Positions 51,890 to 53,746 of a stretch of DNA of 53,746 nucleotides are shown here, one piece after another; within the stretch, counting starts at the first letter, position 1; each line of letters opens with the position of its first letter. This DNA is from Candidatus Microgenomates bacterium (GTDB taxonomy: Bacteria; Patescibacteriota; Microgenomatia; Levybacterales; UBA12049), in assembly GCA_025451755.1 (NCBI GenBank), contig JANWJT010000017.1, positions 82,147 through 135,892 of the forward strand, given 5' to 3'. Position numbers and translations under genes: made by a program. The notes beneath the pieces are model-generated. The model was given only the letters and a program-made list of their open reading frames with translations, had not been told where the DNA came from and made no database searches.

Positions 51890-52291
51890 ATGGATTCCAA
51901 GAAGCTTGAGGAACTTAAGAAAAAACTAACCCCTGAACAGCAAAGAGTACTTCTCGAAAAAGGAACGGAACCACCTTTTAGCGGTAAATATTTGAATCAC
52001 AATGAAACAGGAATATACACCTGTGGTGTTTGTGGCGCCGAGCTTTTTAAGAGCGAAACAAAATACGATTCAAAAACCCCTGGGTTGATTGGATGGCCCA
52101 GCTTTTCCGAAGTTGCAAAAAGTGATGCCATTGAACTTAAGGATGATTCTAGTTGGAGCATGAATCGCAAGGAAGTAACTTGCAAAAACTGTGGTAGTCA
52201 TCTTGGTCATGTGTTTGACGCCGACGATTCATCAACTGGTAAGCATTATTGCATAAATTCCTGCGCTCTTGATTTTGAGAAAGACAAATGA
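51890..52291 (+). CDS. msrB: Peptide-methionine (R)-S-oxide reductase MsrB
   Basis: Two CxxC zinc motifs (CGVCGAELF, CKNCGSHLGHVF) and a catalytic Cys context (HYCINS). Confidence 0.92.
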   Translation: MDSKKLEELKKKLTPEQQRVLLEKGTEPPFSGKYLNHNETGIYTCGVCGAELFKSETKYDSKTPGLIGWPSFSEVAKSDAIELKDDSSWSMNRKEVTCKNCGSHLGHVFDADDSSTGKHYCINSCALDFEKDK

Positions 52292-52677
52292 AGACATTTC
52301 AAGTAAAAACTTCCAAGAAAGACCGAGTAGTAGATATAACAGGTCAAATAAATAAATTAATTAAAGATTCAAATAAAAAAAGCGGAGTTTGCATTCTTTC
52401 GGTTCTTCACACAACATGCGCTTTGACTACTGCCGATTTGGATCCCGGAACAGACTTGGATTTCCTTGAATCTTTACGAAAATTGCTTCCCAAAATTTCA
52501 TATCGTCATCCACATGATCCGTCTCATACACCAGATCATATTCTCTCATTGATTATAGGAACATCGTTGTCTTTAATTTTTGAAAATAGAACTTTATCTT
52601 TGGGCACGTGGCAAAGAGTAATACTTGTTGAACTAAACGGCCCTCGGGAAAGAGAAATTGCTTACTCAATAGTTTAA
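52288..52677 (+). CDS. YjbQ/UPF0047 family protein (secondary thiamine-phosphate synthase-like)
   Basis: G.C.L...HTT.ALT..........D......L..L.P....Y.H........H.....G.S......G.L.LGTWQ.....E is the family pattern. It overlaps msrB by 4 nt. Confidence 0.75.
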   Translation: MKTFQVKTSKKDRVVDITGQINKLIKDSNKKSGVCILSVLHTTCALTTADLDPGTDLDFLESLRKLLPKISYRHPHDPSHTPDHILSLIIGTSLSLIFENRTLSLGTWQRVILVELNGPREREIAYSIV

Positions 52678-52685
52678 ATTCAGAC

Positions 52686-52714
52686 TTGAAATACCTAAAT
52701 AGTCGAGATATAAT
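52686..52714 (+). promoter_or_regulatory. Promoter TTGAAA-17-TATAAT, 8 nt before the ATG at 52723
   Basis: The hexamers and spacing are read directly from the sequence. Confidence 0.55.
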
Positions 52715-52722
52715 CCTTTTTA

Positions 52723-53193
52723 ATGAAGCCCAAAGGTATTTCTATAGATAAAGCTCTGGATATAATGAGACCTCATGTAGGCCAAGACTTAGATGAAGGT
52801 ACAGCCGAGCATTGGGGAATCAGATCCTTTGATCAGATAACAACTTTTCAAGGAAAAGAAGCTGTTGAAGAAGCATTAAAAGCATATAAAGCAGGACTAA
52901 GAAGAACCCCTCTTGATGAGGGAGGCCATTGGCGCTGTTTATATGAAGATGCTGGAAGGAAATTGCTCTGGGGTATTATGCAATTCAGATTTGAACATGG
53001 AAACGGGACGCTTCCTATAAGTGAGAGAAAATTAAGGGGAGCATATAATTGGAATAGATCACAGGCTATTATGGACCGAGGAGCATACATAAATGATCTT
53101 GCTGAAACGTTGCTAAATCAAACAACAGTTACTCCGGAAGGACAAAAAAGAATGGTTGAAGAACAAAGACGACATTTACGCGAACGCTTTTAA
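52723..53193 (+). CDS. Hypothetical protein
   Basis: 156-aa soluble ORF with no recognisable motif. Confidence 0.5.
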   Translation: MKPKGISIDKALDIMRPHVGQDLDEGTAEHWGIRSFDQITTFQGKEAVEEALKAYKAGLRRTPLDEGGHWRCLYEDAGRKLLWGIMQFRFEHGNGTLPISERKLRGAYNWNRSQAIMDRGAYINDLAETLLNQTTVTPEGQKRMVEEQRRHLRERF

Positions 53194-53194
53194 T

Positions 53195-53746
53195 TCACTT
53201 TTCTATAAATCTTTTCAAAGGACATTGATTGTGCTTGCAGTGGGCTGGGCAATATAACCTTCCATAATCAATAATTCTGTTTGTGAAATCTAACCATTCT
53301 GATTTTGGAATTATTTCCATTAAGTCTTTTTCAATTTTATTTGGATCGGAGTTTTTGGTAAGTCCGAATAATTTAGAAAGTCTGGTAACATGAGTATCGA
53401 CCGCAATTCCTTCAACTATTCCGTAAACATTCCCCAAAATTATATTTGCTGTTTTTCTTCCAATTCCGGGAAGTAAAGTTAGTTCGCCCATACTTTTTGG
53501 AAGCTCTCCGTTATGTTTTTTCAAAATAATTTCGGCAGAATTTTTAATAAACTTTGTTTTTTGTCTAAATAGACCTAGCTTTGATAAATCTTTTTCTAAA
53601 TCTTTTATATCAGCATCTATATAATCTTTAATAGTTTTGTATTTACTAAATAGATCTTTTGTTACCTCATTAACTTTTTTATCGGTATTTCTTGCAGAAA
53701 GAATCACAGCAACAGCTAGTTCCCACGGAGTCGAATAAGAAAGAAC
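53195..53746 (-). CDS. nth: Endonuclease III (Nth), 5' end beyond window
   Basis: The ORF is open to the window edge (VLSYSTPWELAVAVILSARNTD...). It has the HhH motif LLPGIGRKTANIILG and VDTHVTRL, with a C-terminal Cys cluster CPAHCKHNQC. Confidence 0.88.
   Translation of the reverse strand, partial: VLSYSTPWELAVAVILSARNTDKKVNEVTKDLFSKYKTIKDYIDADIKDLEKDLSKLGLFRQKTKFIKNSAEIILKKHNGELPKSMGELTLLPGIGRKTANIILGNVYGIVEGIAVDTHVTRLSKLFGLTKNSDPNKIEKDLMEIIPKSEWLDFTNRIIDYGRLYCPAHCKHNQCPLKRFIEK

Noticed and set aside
1-53746. Alternative genetic code (UGA recoding, as in some CPR lineages)
   Set aside because: Conserved genes (dnaK, pnp, alaS, ftsK, metG) are uninterrupted full-length ORFs under the standard code. 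TGA also terminates ORFs at sensible positions, for example the 906-aa Clp at 20086-20088 and tag at 50620-50622.
1-53746. CRISPR arrays, tRNA/rRNA genes, transposases/integrases, prophage or defence islands
   Set aside because: I saw no regularly spaced direct repeats, no cloverleaf-capable intergenic segments, and no recombinase, restriction, toxin or Cas-like ORFs. The only repeats are the AT-rich palindromic elements and short hairpins reported above.

Overview
AT-rich bacterial chromosome segment with dense coding and many overlapping stop/start junctions. Gene content and the shortened housekeeping proteins (short HrcA, GrpE, IF-2, MetRS, AlaRS) suggest a reduced-genome, Patescibacteria/CPR-like (Microgenomates-type) organism; this is inference, not verified. 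The standard genetic code appears to be used.

Layout:
- (i) 1-7.4 kb, minus strand: a polyprenyl-phosphate glycan cluster (UbiA-like, GT4, GT-C, GT2), then TatD, NUDIX and MetRS.
- (ii) 7.8-12 kb: a CIRCE-controlled hrcA-grpE-dnaK operon plus dnaJ.
- (iii) 12-25.2 kb: an unusual envelope/proteostasis cluster. It holds a CPR-type T4SS-pilin-like protein, a PrsA-like foldase and a Cys/Pro-Thr-rich secreted protein. These are followed by a large polytopic membrane protein translationally coupled to an M-domain-less Hsp100 ATPase, a free-standing I9 propeptide protein plus a subtilase, and a small membrane protein coupled to a membrane-anchored Hsp100 with a degenerate NBD1. This is my best candidate for an undescribed system.
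- (iv) 25.2-38 kb: nusA-infB, a dead DHH protein, rpsO-pnp, a Lon AAA+-only protein, RNase J, FtsK, RodZ-like, and a DUF948/YtxH pair.
- (v) 38.1-45.5 kb, minus strand: a tightly coupled operon of alaS, a 774-aa membrane protein, sortase, a small ORF, AMP/thymidine phosphorylase and mltG.
- (vi) 45.6-53.7 kb: two FKBPs and an assortment of repair and stress genes (Tag, MsrB, Nth, PolB-exo-like exonuclease, YjbQ, an acyl-ACP-desaturase-like diiron protein) plus hypotheticals.

I could not find any rRNA, tRNA, CRISPR array, transposase or integrase by eye.

Recurrent sequence-level features:
- (TGn)TATAAT boxes sit only 6-9 nt before start codons, suggesting leaderless mRNAs.
- An AT-rich inverted-repeat element with a conserved 28-nt block lies just upstream of both hrcA and infB.
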